Of a stretch of 27,365 nucleotides of DNA, positions 1 to 8,774 are shown piece after piece. The stretch's first letter is position 1; the number at the start of each line of letters is the position of its first letter. Where the stretch lies: assembly GCA_046484865.1 (NCBI GenBank), contig JAWOID010000139.1, positions 1 through 27,365 of the forward strand, written 5' to 3'. Under the pieces are notes generated by a model. The model was not told where the DNA came from. It saw nothing but the letters and a program-made list of their open reading frames with translations, and did no database searches. The stretch comes from Candidatus Krumholzibacteriia bacterium (GTDB lineage Bacteria; Krumholzibacteriota; Krumholzibacteriia; LZORAL124-64-63). The translations under genes were made by a program, and so were the position numbers.

Positions 1-513
1 GCCGAGCAGCTCATGGTGGAGGCCGGCTGGGGCGGCCCCGAGTTCCGGCTCAACCAGGACAAGATGCGCCTGCGGACCATCGCCAACGCCATCCTCGACA
101 ATCGCATCCACACCGCCGGGATGACCGAGGACGAGGCCATGCGGCTGATGATGGAAGGCACGTTCCAGCAGGAGGGCGAGGCGGCCGGCAAGTGGCGTCG
201 GGCCTGCCTGACCAGCACGCAGCTCTCCACCTACTACGTGGGCAACCTCGAGGTCAACGCCATCCGCCGCGACTGGGAGGAGCGGGCCGGCCGCAAGTAC
301 CGCCACCTGGCCTTCCACGACGAGCTGCTGAGCCACGGCTCGCCGCCGCCGCGCCTGCTGCGGGAACTGATGGGGCTGCGGCCGGCCGACCGGATCGCGG
401 CGGTCACCGGCGCGCGCGAACCCGGTCTCGCCGCCGCGCGGACGGATGCGGCGACCGGCACCGCCGCGGCGGGACGGCCGGAAGCGGCACCGGGACGGAG
501 AACCGCGCCATGA
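1..513 (+). CDS. DUF885 family protein, C-terminal part (5' end outside window)
   Basis: Frame open from base 1 (AEQLMVEAGWGG...). RTIANAILDNRIH, EAAGKWRRACLTSTQLSTYYVG and FHDELLSHGSPP match the DUF885 C-terminus. Stop overlaps next start (ATGA 510-513). Confidence 0.85.
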   Translation, partial: AEQLMVEAGWGGPEFRLNQDKMRLRTIANAILDNRIHTAGMTEDEAMRLMMEGTFQQEGEAAGKWRRACLTSTQLSTYYVGNLEVNAIRRDWEERAGRKYRHLAFHDELLSHGSPPPRLLRELMGLRPADRIAAVTGAREPGLAAARTDAATGTAAAGRPEAAPGRRTAP

Positions 514-1349
514 GTGGCGCGCCGCTCCGGGTGGGGGTCTACGTGGATGCGGCCAACCTGGAGCGCAACGGCGGCCGCGGTCTGCGCTACGACGTGCTGC
601 GGGAGTTTGCCTGCCGCGGCGGCGCCGAGGCGCTGCGCCTGAACGCCTACATGACGTACGATGCCGAGCGCGCCGCCAAGGACCCCGAGTACCGCCGGGG
701 CGCGCAGAACTTCTTCGCCAACGTGCGGGAGTTCGGCTTCAAGATCACGCGCAAGGACATCCGCTGGTACCTGGACGAGTCGGGCGTCCGCGTGGGCAAG
801 GCGAACGCCGACCTCGACCTGGCGGTGGACGCCATCCTGCAGTCGGGGAACCTGGACCGCGTGCTCATCGCGTCGGGGGACGGCGACTTCGTCCAGGTGG
901 TACGGGCGCTGCAGAACAAGGGCTGTCGCGTGGAGATCGTGGCCTGCGACAATGCCAACGGCGACCTTCGCCAGGAAGCCGATCTCTTCATCTCCGGGTA
1001 CCTGATCCCCAACCTGGTGCCGATCCGCGATCTGCTCCCCGACGCGCCGCCCTGGGGCGAGGTGGGTTCGCGCGTGCGGGGGCTCTGCTACCGTCACTCC
1101 GAGAAGGGGTACGGGTTCCTGCGCTACATCCGCAGCACGGAGCCCGATAACCTGTGGCTGGTGGATACGCGGCGGGACGAGAGCCCGTACGGGCAGGTCT
1201 TCTTCCACGACTCGCACCTCACCGCGGTGGATTCACGCTACCTGCCCACCCGCCGCATCGTCCTGGAGTTCGACCTGGTGCAGAGCGACCGCGGCGAGGG
1301 CCAGCTGGAAGCGCGCAACATCCGCCCCGCCGGCCGAGCGCCGGCCTGA
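510..1349 (+). CDS. NYN (LabA/DUF88, PIN-like) domain protein with C-terminal cold-shock-like OB domain
   Basis: VYVDAANL, KANADLDLAVD and SGDGDF acidic NYN motifs; tail has KGYGFL and VFFHDS. Start taken at ATG 510, coupled to upstream stop. Confidence 0.85.
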   Translation: MSGAPLRVGVYVDAANLERNGGRGLRYDVLREFACRGGAEALRLNAYMTYDAERAAKDPEYRRGAQNFFANVREFGFKITRKDIRWYLDESGVRVGKANADLDLAVDAILQSGNLDRVLIASGDGDFVQVVRALQNKGCRVEIVACDNANGDLRQEADLFISGYLIPNLVPIRDLLPDAPPWGEVGSRVRGLCYRHSEKGYGFLRYIRSTEPDNLWLVDTRRDESPYGQVFFHDSHLTAVDSRYLPTRRIVLEFDLVQSDRGEGQLEARNIRPAGRAPA

Positions 1350-1420
1350 CCGACGACGTGGGCGCCGGCCTGGCCGATGACGTGAGCGCCGGCCTGACCG
1401 ACGACGTGGGCGCCGGCCTG
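1336..1420. repeat. 24-bp tandem repeat, about 3.5 copies, alternating A-B-A-B
   Basis: GAGCGCCGGCCTGACCGACGACGT at 1336-1359 and 1384-1407 (identical); GGGCGCCGGCCTGGCCGATGACGT at 1360-1383; partial copy 1408-1420. Confidence 0.9.
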
Positions 1421-1457
1421 GGTGACGGCCCGAGCGCCCTCCTGAGCGCGAACGCAG

Positions 1458-1536
1458 CGCTCACGCAGGCAACGCTCACGCAGCGCTCACGCACTCAGCG
1501 CCCACGCAGGCATCGCTCCCGCGCAGCGCTCCCGCG
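1458..1536. repeat. Six short degenerate direct repeats, consensus CGCTCACGCA
   Basis: Copies start at 1458, 1473, 1484 (exact) and 1499, 1514, 1527 (variant), between convergent stop codons. Confidence 0.7.
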
Positions 1537-1539
1537 CCG

Positions 1540-2358
1540 TCAACGCGGCATGCGCGCAGGCTGGCAGACCGGGCAGTAGTGGCTCGACCGTCCCGCGACC
1601 CGCATCCGCTCCAGCAGCGTGCCGCAGGCGCGGCAGGGTTCGCCGGTGCGCTGGTACACGCGCAGCTTGCGACGGAAGTCGCCCGGTTTCCCGTGGAAGT
1701 TGGTGAAGTTGAGGAAGGTGGTGCCGCCGTGGCTGATGGCCGAGCGCAGCACCTCCTTGCTGCGGGCGAGGATCAGCCGCAACTCGTCGTCGCGGAGAGC
1801 CGACGCCGGGGTGTCCGGCCGTACCCCGGCCCGGTGCAGGGCTTCATCCACGTAGATGTTGCCGAGTCCGGCCGCGATCCCCTGATCCAGCAGCAGCGCC
1901 TTGATGGGCGCTCGCCGTCCCGCGATCCGCCGCTGCCAGTCGGGGAACCGCACGCGCAGCACGTCGGGTCCGACGTGCTCGATCGCCGAGGGCCGACGCG
2001 CGTCGTCCACCAGGACGAAGCGGCCGAACTTGCGGATATCGCGATAGTGGACCGTCACGCCCTCGAAGTCGAACACCGCGTGCACGTGCTGGTCCGGCAG
2101 GTAGTCGTCCCGCACGAAGATCTGGCCGGTCATGCGCAGGTGCAGCATGAGATGGGTGTCGGCGGCGAAGTTCAGGATCAGGTACTTGCCGTGTCGATGC
2201 ACGCCCTCGAGCTGCTTGCCCACCACCGCGCGGCTCACGCGGCCGGGCGGGTCGCGGAAGACGCCGGGAAAACGGATGTTCAACCCGGTGACTCGTCGTC
2301 CTTGCAGGTTCAGCCGCAGGGCGGCGGCCACGCTCTCGACCTCGGGCAGTTCAGGCAT
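1540..2358 (-). CDS. mutM: Formamidopyrimidine-DNA glycosylase / AP lyase (Fpg)
   Basis: N-terminal MPELPEVE, GKYL, HLRMTG, DIRKFG, H2TH motif LLDQ..AGLGNIYVDEAL, zinc finger CRAC...CPVCQ. Confidence 0.97.
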   Translation of the reverse strand: MPELPEVESVAAALRLNLQGRRVTGLNIRFPGVFRDPPGRVSRAVVGKQLEGVHRHGKYLILNFAADTHLMLHLRMTGQIFVRDDYLPDQHVHAVFDFEGVTVHYRDIRKFGRFVLVDDARRPSAIEHVGPDVLRVRFPDWQRRIAGRRAPIKALLLDQGIAAGLGNIYVDEALHRAGVRPDTPASALRDDELRLILARSKEVLRSAISHGGTTFLNFTNFHGKPGDFRRKLRVYQRTGEPCRACGTLLERMRVAGRSSHYCPVCQPARMPR

Positions 2359-2380
2359 GATTCCTCGGCGGCCGGATGCG

Positions 2381-3400
2381 TCAGCGCAGGCCCCGCGCCT
2401 CCTTGATCTGATCGTAGGCTGCGTTCACCGCGAGCATCTTCTCGCGTGCGAAGTCCTGGAACTCCTCGCTCAGCCCCTTCGATGCGATGACGTCGGGATG
2501 GTACTCCTTCGCCAGACGCCGGTAGGCTGAGCGGACCTGGGCGTCGGTCGCCCGCGACTCCACTCCCAGCAGGGCGTAGGCAGCGGGCAGGTCGCCGCGC
2601 TGGAAAAGCGCGTAGCACTCCTCCAGATCGCGGGGGCCTAGCCCCAGATCGGCGGCGATAGAGCGGATCAGGCGGTCCTCCTGGCGATTGATGCGCCCGT
2701 CGGCATGCCCGATCTTCAGCAGGAGCGTGACCAGATCGCGCATGCGGTCGCGCTGGTGGCCGAGGATGCTGCGAATCTGCAGCGCGAACTCCCGGGGTGG
2801 CACCTCGGAATCGCGCGCCTCGTTGAAGATCCTCGCTGCGATGCGTCTGTCCTCGGCGCCCATGCGCAGATCGTTCTTCAGGAAACCGTCGAAGGACCGG
2901 ACCTCGGCCGTACTCACGCGTCCATCGGCCTTCGCCACCTTGGCGGCCAGGCTGATGAGCGCCACCATGAAGGCCGACTGGGCCTGTGCCTCCCGGCGGG
3001 CCCGCTGCGTCGGGTCATCCTCCCGCCGGGCACCCCAGATGCCCGATCCGTCGCTCCAGCGGCCGGAGCGAGCCCCGGCTCCTGCGCCGCGAGTCGCGCG
3101 GTCGAAGTTGCCGCCGGGTGCCTCGCCGAAGCCGCCGCCCCTGCTGCTGGGGCCGCCGGTGTTCAGGCGGGCGCCGCAGCCCGGGCAGGCGAGCGTCTCG
3201 CCCTTGCTGAACCAGACCACGCTCCGACACACCGGGCAGCGCCCCATCAGCCGCTGCGCCCGCGGTCGCGGCAACAGCCGGTCGCCGCTCAGGGCCGGTT
3301 CGCCGACCTGAGAGCCCAGCGCGCCGCCGATAACCGCGCCCAGCGGTCCGCCGAGCAGGAACCCGAGGCTGCCACCGACCAGCACTCCAAGCAGTCCCAT
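2381..3400 (-). CDS. djlA: DjlA-like co-chaperone (N-terminal TM, TerB-like domain, C-terminal J-domain) with extra Cys4 insert
   Basis: GxxxG-rich TM (GGSLGFLLGGPLGAVIGGALG), AKVAKADGRVS TerB-like segment, YRRLAKEYHPD J-domain. Start ATG 3400 has GAGGT RBS. Confidence 0.85.
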   Translation of the reverse strand: MGLLGVLVGGSLGFLLGGPLGAVIGGALGSQVGEPALSGDRLLPRPRAQRLMGRCPVCRSVVWFSKGETLACPGCGARLNTGGPSSRGGGFGEAPGGNFDRATRGAGAGARSGRWSDGSGIWGARREDDPTQRARREAQAQSAFMVALISLAAKVAKADGRVSTAEVRSFDGFLKNDLRMGAEDRRIAARIFNEARDSEVPPREFALQIRSILGHQRDRMRDLVTLLLKIGHADGRINRQEDRLIRSIAADLGLGPRDLEECYALFQRGDLPAAYALLGVESRATDAQVRSAYRRLAKEYHPDVIASKGLSEEFQDFAREKMLAVNAAYDQIKEARGLR

Positions 3401-3680
3401 GCATGCACCTCGTGCTGGTGAACGCCCCACCGGCGCGAGGCCGCCGGAGGCGGAGAAGCGGGCGGGAGCGGGGCGGAAGGCGTTCTGGCCGCTGACAGCC
3501 TCTCCGGGCTCCCCTACGTTGTGCCTGGGAAAATGTGTCCGCGCGCTCGAGGCACTGATCGACAGCACCAGAGCAGCCGCGAAAGAGATGAAGAATCAAA
3601 AATCGAGCCCATGACGGGCCCTCGGAGGCTCTGGACACATTTTCGCTGGCATAACCAAAGATACGCCTGAAGGGGGAGAT

Positions 3681-4295
3681 ATGGAAATCGCCACCGCCAT
3701 CCACCAGCGCCGCTCCATCAAGTGCTTCGACCCCGACCACCGCATGACCGAGGCCGAGGTGAGGCAACTCCTCGGCCTCGTCCGCCTGTCGCCCACGGCC
3801 TTCAACCTGCAGCACTGGCGCTTCGTCGTGGTGCAGGACCCGGATCTGCGCCGCGAGGTGCGCCGGGCGGCCGCGGACCAGGCGCAGGTGGAGGAGGCGT
3901 CGCTCCTGCTGGTGCTCTGCGCCGACCTGCACGCCTGGCAGCGCGATCCGGCACGCTACTGGGCGGCGGACGCCGGCCTCCGGGAACGGATGGCCGAGAA
4001 GGCGCGGCGCTTCTACGCGGGCGACGAACGCCGGCAGCGCGACGAGGCCATGCGCTCGTGCGGGATCGCCGCCGGGGTGTTGATGCTCGCCGCGCTGCAT
4101 CTGGGTTACGACACCTGTCCGATGATCGGCTTCGACGTCGACGCGGTCGGGCGGCTCGTCCGGCTGCCGGACGATCACGTGATCACGATGATGATCGCCG
4201 TCGGCAAGGCATCCCAGCCGGCCCGTACGCGCGGTGTTCAGTTGCCGCTGGAGGAACTCATGATCCGCGACCGGTTTCCCGAGCAGCGCTCCTGA
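3681..4295 (+). CDS. Nitroreductase family protein
   Basis: RRSIKCFD, SPTAFNLQHWRFVVV, GYDTCPMIGFD motifs; GGGGAG RBS. Confidence 0.93.
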   Translation: MEIATAIHQRRSIKCFDPDHRMTEAEVRQLLGLVRLSPTAFNLQHWRFVVVQDPDLRREVRRAAADQAQVEEASLLLVLCADLHAWQRDPARYWAADAGLRERMAEKARRFYAGDERRQRDEAMRSCGIAAGVLMLAALHLGYDTCPMIGFDVDAVGRLVRLPDDHVITMMIAVGKASQPARTRGVQLPLEELMIRDRFPEQRS

Positions 4296-4313
4296 ACACG
4301 GCGCGAAGACGGC

Positions 4314-4340
4314 TCAAGTCGAGCGCGCACAAGCCGATAC
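4314..4340 (+). promoter_or_regulatory. Candidate sigma28 (FliA-type) promoter
   Basis: TCAA-N15-GCCGATAC (TCAAG 4314-4318, GCCGATAC 4333-4340) with canonical spacing, upstream of a CheY-like gene. Confidence 0.65.
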
Positions 4341-4434
4341 ATTATCGAGAGATATGCGTCGCGCCGTCGCGAAGCCGCTCGTCCGGCGTTTCGGGGGCTT
4401 AGCGCGACCGCCCGCAGACGAAAGGACGCCCCGC

Positions 4435-4848
4435 ATGCGGATCCTGGTCGTCGAGGACGACTTCATCAGCCGGCGACTGCTCTGCCGCTATCTGGAGCCC
4501 TACGGCGAGTGCGACGTGGCCGTGAATGGACGCGAGGCGATCCAGGCGGTCCGGCGCGCGCTGAACAGCGGGCCCCGCTACGATCTCGTCTGCCTCGACA
4601 TCATGATGCCGGACATGGACGGACAGCAGACGCTGCGCGAGATCCGCATCCTCGAGAAGGAGGGCGGCGTGGCGCCCGAGGACACCGCGCGGGTCATCAT
4701 GACGACTGCGCTGGAGGACCACGTCAACGTGATGAAGGCCTTCCGCAGCCAGTGCGACGGGTACGTCGTCAAGCCCATCGAGCGCAAGCGGCTCCTCCAG
4801 ATCCTGCACGAGAGCGGCCTGCCGGTGACCACCGGCGAGGGGCGCTGA
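4435..4848 (+). CDS. Single-domain response regulator (CheY-like receiver)
   Basis: ILVVEDD, LDIMMPDMDG (phospho-Asp), MTTA, YVVKP; no output domain; AAGGA RBS before ATG 4435. Confidence 0.92.
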   Translation: MRILVVEDDFISRRLLCRYLEPYGECDVAVNGREAIQAVRRALNSGPRYDLVCLDIMMPDMDGQQTLREIRILEKEGGVAPEDTARVIMTTALEDHVNVMKAFRSQCDGYVVKPIERKRLLQILHESGLPVTTGEGR

Positions 4849-5083
4849 GCCGAGGCCGCCGGCGCGGCGCGGCGGTGCACGGCACGGCGTTGCACGGCCC
4901 GGTCGAGCCCGCTCCTCCGGCTGCTGCTCCAGTATCCCCCTCGTCGCGCCGACTCGATCCCTGACCAGCCCATCTCTGGCAGTCCGCCCCCGCCCGAATT
5001 AGCTTCCTCGCGAGAGATCGAGCCCGGCGCGCCCGTGCCGCGGCTCGACCGCCCGGAACTCCAGACGGAAGGACGTTACCCTC

Positions 5084-6967
5084 ATGGCGCCGCTCCTCTC
5101 CTCCACGTCCTCCACGCTCGCTTTCTCCCATCGACGCCATCGCGACGCCGATGTCGCTGCCGGCGGCGACGCTCCGGAACGGGGGGAGATCGCCGAACGC
5201 CACAAATGGAGAGTGGACAAGATCTTTCCTGACTGGGAGAGCTGGGAGGAGGCCTTCCGCGAGGTGGAATCTGCGCTGCCGGAGCTGGCCGGGCTCCAGG
5301 GCAGCCTGGGCGAGTCCGCTCGCCAGCTGCGGACCGCCATCGAGCGCATCCACGACGTGCAGCGCAAGCTCGAGGTGGTGGGCGCCTTCGCGAGCATGCG
5401 CTCGGACGAGGACACGCGCGCCGGCGCGAACACTGCACGGCGGGGGCGCGCGGGAAGCCTGGCGGTGGAGTTCGGCGAGGCGGTGAGCTGGTTCGAGAGC
5501 GAGGTGCTCGCCTTGCCGCCGCCGGTCTTGCAGCGCTTCCTGGAGGAGGACGAGGGGCTGCGCCTGTACGAGCACTTCCTGGACGACATCCAGCGCGCGC
5601 GCGCCCACACCCGGTCCGCGGAGGTGGAAGCGGTGCTGGCCGCCGCCGGCAACGTGACCCGTGGCGCCTCGGACGTCTTCAGCGCGCTCAACAACGCCGA
5701 TCTTCGCTATCCCACCATCGTCGACGCCGAGGGCCGGGAGGTGGAACTCACCAAGGCCCGGTACTACAAGTTCATCAAGTCGCCCGACCGGAGGGTCCGG
5801 CGCGACGCCTTCGAGGCCTTCCTCGGCACGTACAACTCGGTGGTCAACACGCTCGCCGCCAACATGGACGCCAACGTGAAGAATCACGTGTTCTACGCGC
5901 GGGCCCGTCACTTCCCCGGCACCCTGGAAGCGGCGCTGCATCCGAGCGCGGTCCCCCCCGCGGTGTTCCACATGCTCATCGACACGGTCAACACGCAGAT
6001 CGAGCGCGTCCACCGGCTGACGGCGCTGAAGCAGCGGGTGCTCGGCCTGGACGAGCTCGCGGAATACGACCTCTACGTTCCGCTCTTCCCCGAGGCGGAG
6101 TTCAAGTTCACCTACGAGGAGGCCTGCGACCTGCTGCTGGACGCCCTGGCGCCGCTGGGCGAGGAGTACCGGGAGATCCTGCGCCTGGGATATCGCGAGG
6201 GCTGGATCGACGTCCACGAGAGCCGGGGCAAGCGCAGCGGCGCCTACTCCGGCGGCGTCTACGACACGCAGCCCTACATCCTGCTGAACTGGTCCGACGA
6301 GCTGGGCGACACCTTCACGCTGGCGCACGAGCTCGGCCACTCGGTGCACACGTATCTGGCCAGGCACCACCAGCCTTACGTCTACGGCGATTACCCGATC
6401 TTCACCGCCGAGGTGGCTTCCACCTGCAACGAGATGCTGCTGATGGACTACCTGCTGCGCCGGACCGAGGATCCGGCGCGCAAGCTCTACCTGCTGGACT
6501 ACTACCTCGGGCAGATCAACAGCACGGTGTTCAGGCAGACGATGTTCGCGGAGTTCGAGCGGGACATCCATCGCGTGAGCGAGGAGGGCGAGACGCTGAC
6601 CGCCGATCTCCTGGGCGAGCGCTACGTTGAGCTGCTGCGCCGCTACTGGGGTCCGGCCGTGGTCCTCGATCCGCAGCTCAGCCCGCTGAGCTGGAGCCGC
6701 ATTCCGCACTTCTACTACAATTTCTACGTCTACCAGTACGCCACGGCGTACTCGGCGGCCGCCGCTTTCTCGAAGACGATCCTCGCCGGCGAGGAGCGCG
6801 ACCGCGAGCGTTACCTCGACGTGCTGCGGTCCGGCAGCAGCCGCTACCCGGTGGAAACCGTGCAACTCGGCGGCGTGGACATGACCACCGCGGCGCCGGT
6901 GGAGGACGTGTTCACGCTGTTCGACGCGCTGCTGGACGACGTGGAGGCGCTGATCGAAGGCAAGTGA
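5084..6967 (+). CDS. pepF: Oligoendopeptidase F (M3B peptidase)
   Basis: WIDV..GKRSGAYS, TLAHELGHSVH zinc motif, AEVAST, RQTMFAEFE, WSRIPHFYYNFYVYQYAT. Confidence 0.96.
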   Translation: MAPLLSSTSSTLAFSHRRHRDADVAAGGDAPERGEIAERHKWRVDKIFPDWESWEEAFREVESALPELAGLQGSLGESARQLRTAIERIHDVQRKLEVVGAFASMRSDEDTRAGANTARRGRAGSLAVEFGEAVSWFESEVLALPPPVLQRFLEEDEGLRLYEHFLDDIQRARAHTRSAEVEAVLAAAGNVTRGASDVFSALNNADLRYPTIVDAEGREVELTKARYYKFIKSPDRRVRRDAFEAFLGTYNSVVNTLAANMDANVKNHVFYARARHFPGTLEAALHPSAVPPAVFHMLIDTVNTQIERVHRLTALKQRVLGLDELAEYDLYVPLFPEAEFKFTYEEACDLLLDALAPLGEEYREILRLGYREGWIDVHESRGKRSGAYSGGVYDTQPYILLNWSDELGDTFTLAHELGHSVHTYLARHHQPYVYGDYPIFTAEVASTCNEMLLMDYLLRRTEDPARKLYLLDYYLGQINSTVFRQTMFAEFERDIHRVSEEGETLTADLLGERYVELLRRYWGPAVVLDPQLSPLSWSRIPHFYYNFYVYQYATAYSAAAAFSKTILAGEERDRERYLDVLRSGSSRYPVETVQLGGVDMTTAAPVEDVFTLFDALLDDVEALIEGK

Positions 6968-6990
6968 CGCCGGCGCGAGCGGACCAGCTA

Positions 6991-7018
6991 TTGACGCGGC
7001 CATCCATTGCTCTAGGTT
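6991..7018 (+). promoter_or_regulatory. Candidate sigma70-type promoter for the 7107-15377 operon
   Basis: TTGACG (6991-6996), 16-bp spacer, TAGGTT (7013-7018). Confidence 0.5.
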
Positions 7019-7106
7019 CTTTGCGTCGGCGATTCGCGGCCGGGCGATAGGCCAGGCCGCGCCGTGGTGCGAGACCGTTCGGCCAGCCGGGCGGTGGGAG
7101 GTGCGC

Positions 7107-7898
7107 ATGAGCCCGGGTCCCGGAACGAGCGGTACCGGCTTCAAGATGTGGGGCGTCGTGCTCGGGGTGATCCTCGCGACGCTGCTGATCGTCCTGCTCG
7201 TCGTGGCGGCGTTCCGCGACCTGGACGGCGACGACGGCCGGCTCGACCTGCCCGCCGCCGACGGCCGGCTCGACCTGCCCGCCGAGGGGCGCGACTCGTC
7301 GCTGGTGGACGAAGCGGTCGTCCCGGCGCCGGCGGACGAAGGTGCGGGCGAGTCGCCTGCGAGCCGACGCCCGGCGCCGCTCCAGGAGACGGAGGAGTCG
7401 GTGGAGTACCTGTCGCGCGAGGGCGGCTTCGCGGTGATCTTCCCGACCGGTTGCAGCCGTCTGCGCACCCGCGTTCCGGAGGGTGCGCCCAGCATGGACG
7501 AGTTCCCCGGCCGACAGCCCACCATGCTGGAGGTCCTCTGCCGTCGTCACGGCAGCACTCGCGAGGTGGCCTGGGTGGCCGGCATGTACAACGAGACCAC
7601 CGAGCGCGGGACGCCGCCCGATCCGCCGATGGTCGTGCGGCAGCTCCAGGCCACGCTCGAGCGTTACAGCGTCCGGGTGGAGGAGCAGCGAGTCGTCGGC
7701 CGCGGTCCGCTGGAGGGGGTGGAGGTGAAGGCCCGCCGGCCCGGTCCCGATCACGGCGAACTCTGGCTGCGAGGCGTCCTCGCCGGCCCCCACTTCTACG
7801 TTCTGGCGGCCTGGAAGGAGCAGGGCGGGCTCTTCGACGACCCGGAGTACGCCCGGTTCTTCTCCTCGTTCCGGATTCTCGCCTACGAGGAGCACTAG
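7107..7898 (+). CDS. Hypothetical protein with N-terminal membrane anchor
   Basis: GGAGG RBS before ATG 7107; hydrophobic WGVVLGVILATLLIVLLVVAAF; stop directly abuts next ATG. Confidence 0.75.
   Translation: MSPGPGTSGTGFKMWGVVLGVILATLLIVLLVVAAFRDLDGDDGRLDLPAADGRLDLPAEGRDSSLVDEAVVPAPADEGAGESPASRRPAPLQETEESVEYLSREGGFAVIFPTGCSRLRTRVPEGAPSMDEFPGRQPTMLEVLCRRHGSTREVAWVAGMYNETTERGTPPDPPMVVRQLQATLERYSVRVEEQRVVGRGPLEGVEVKARRPGPDHGELWLRGVLAGPHFYVLAAWKEQGGLFDDPEYARFFSSFRILAYEEH
7233..7286 (+). repeat. 27-bp in-frame tandem duplication (DGRLDLPAA / DGRLDLPAE)
   Basis: GACGGCCGGCTCGACCTGCCCGCCG repeated at 7233 and 7260. Confidence 0.9.
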
Positions 7899-8774
7899 AT
7901 GCCGCGGATCAGACCTCGCTGGTGGCCCCTGATCGTCGTCTGGGCGATGCTCGTGCTCGCCGCGCTGATGGGCCGGCGACCGGCGCCGGCCGCTGCCCGG
8001 ACGACGGCCGGCGACTCCGCCCCGGCGGTCGTGGCCACGGCGCCGGCGCCCGGGGCCGGTGCCGCTGCGCCCGCGGCGGCCGCCCTGGCCGACGCGGTGC
8101 AGCAGGATCTCCGGCAGTCGATCGCCGTCCGCCAGGAGACGCAGCAGCAGCAGGACGCCTGGGCGGCCGAACGCCTCGAACTGACGGCGCGATATCGCGA
8201 TCTCCAGCGCAGCGTGGAGGACCTGCAGGAACGCCGCTCCGCCGAGGAAGCCCGGTTGCAGGCGCTCCAGGAACGCGCGAGCGAGCTGCGGCGGCGCATG
8301 GTGGAGGCCGAACGGCTGGAAGCGAGCCTCGAGGACACGCTCCGCACCACGATGGTGCAGCTCGCGGCGGCGGTGGAGACCAGCCTCCCCTTCCTGCCGG
8401 ATGAACGCGCGGCGCGCCTGCAAGCCGTCGGCTCGGAGCTTGCCCGGCCGGAGGTGGCGCCCGCCGAGAAGCTGCGGCGGGTGCTTGAGGCCCTCCAGGT
8501 GGAGACCCAGTACGGCGGCACGGTCGAGGTCTACCGCGACCGGATCGAGGTCGCAGGCCAGGTGGTGCACGCGGACATCCTGCGGCTCGGCCGGCTGGCG
8601 CTCTTCTGGAGCACGCCCGACCGCTCGCGGGTGGGGACGTTCGCCCTCGCGGGCGGGCGCTGGCTCGATCTGCCCGGCCGTCATCACCGGGCGGTGCTGC
8701 GCGCCATCGAGATGGCGAGCCGGCTGAGACCCGTGGAAGTGATCGGTCTGCCGCTCGGGAGCGTGGACCGTTGA
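7899..8774 (+). CDS. DUF3450 family periplasmic coiled-coil protein (TtpB-like)
   Basis: Signal peptide, coiled coil, LPFLPDERAARL, EKLRRVLEALQVETQYG, LRLGRLALFW; sits upstream of ExbB-like genes. Confidence 0.9.
   Translation: MPRIRPRWWPLIVVWAMLVLAALMGRRPAPAAARTTAGDSAPAVVATAPAPGAGAAAPAAAALADAVQQDLRQSIAVRQETQQQQDAWAAERLELTARYRDLQRSVEDLQERRSAEEARLQALQERASELRRRMVEAERLEASLEDTLRTTMVQLAAAVETSLPFLPDERAARLQAVGSELARPEVAPAEKLRRVLEALQVETQYGGTVEVYRDRIEVAGQVVHADILRLGRLALFWSTPDRSRVGTFALAGGRWLDLPGRHHRAVLRAIEMASRLRPVEVIGLPLGSVDR

Noticed and set aside
192..509. N-terminal extension of the NYN ORF given in the track
   Set aside because: Overlaps the DUF885 gene; ATG 510 with ATGA coupling is the better start.
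1336..1536. Possible CRISPR array
   Set aside because: Repeats are head-to-tail with no unique spacers, and there are no cas genes.
3401..3568. Extended N-terminus of the djlA-like ORF
   Set aside because: ATG 3400 has an RBS and puts the TM anchor at the N-terminus, as in DjlA.
4880..4894. Sigma54-like motif CGGCACGGCGTTGCA upstream of pepF
   Set aside because: GG to GC spacing is 9 nt rather than the required 10.
4769..7525. 918-aa minus-strand ORF
   Set aside because: Antisense shadow of pepF and neighbours.
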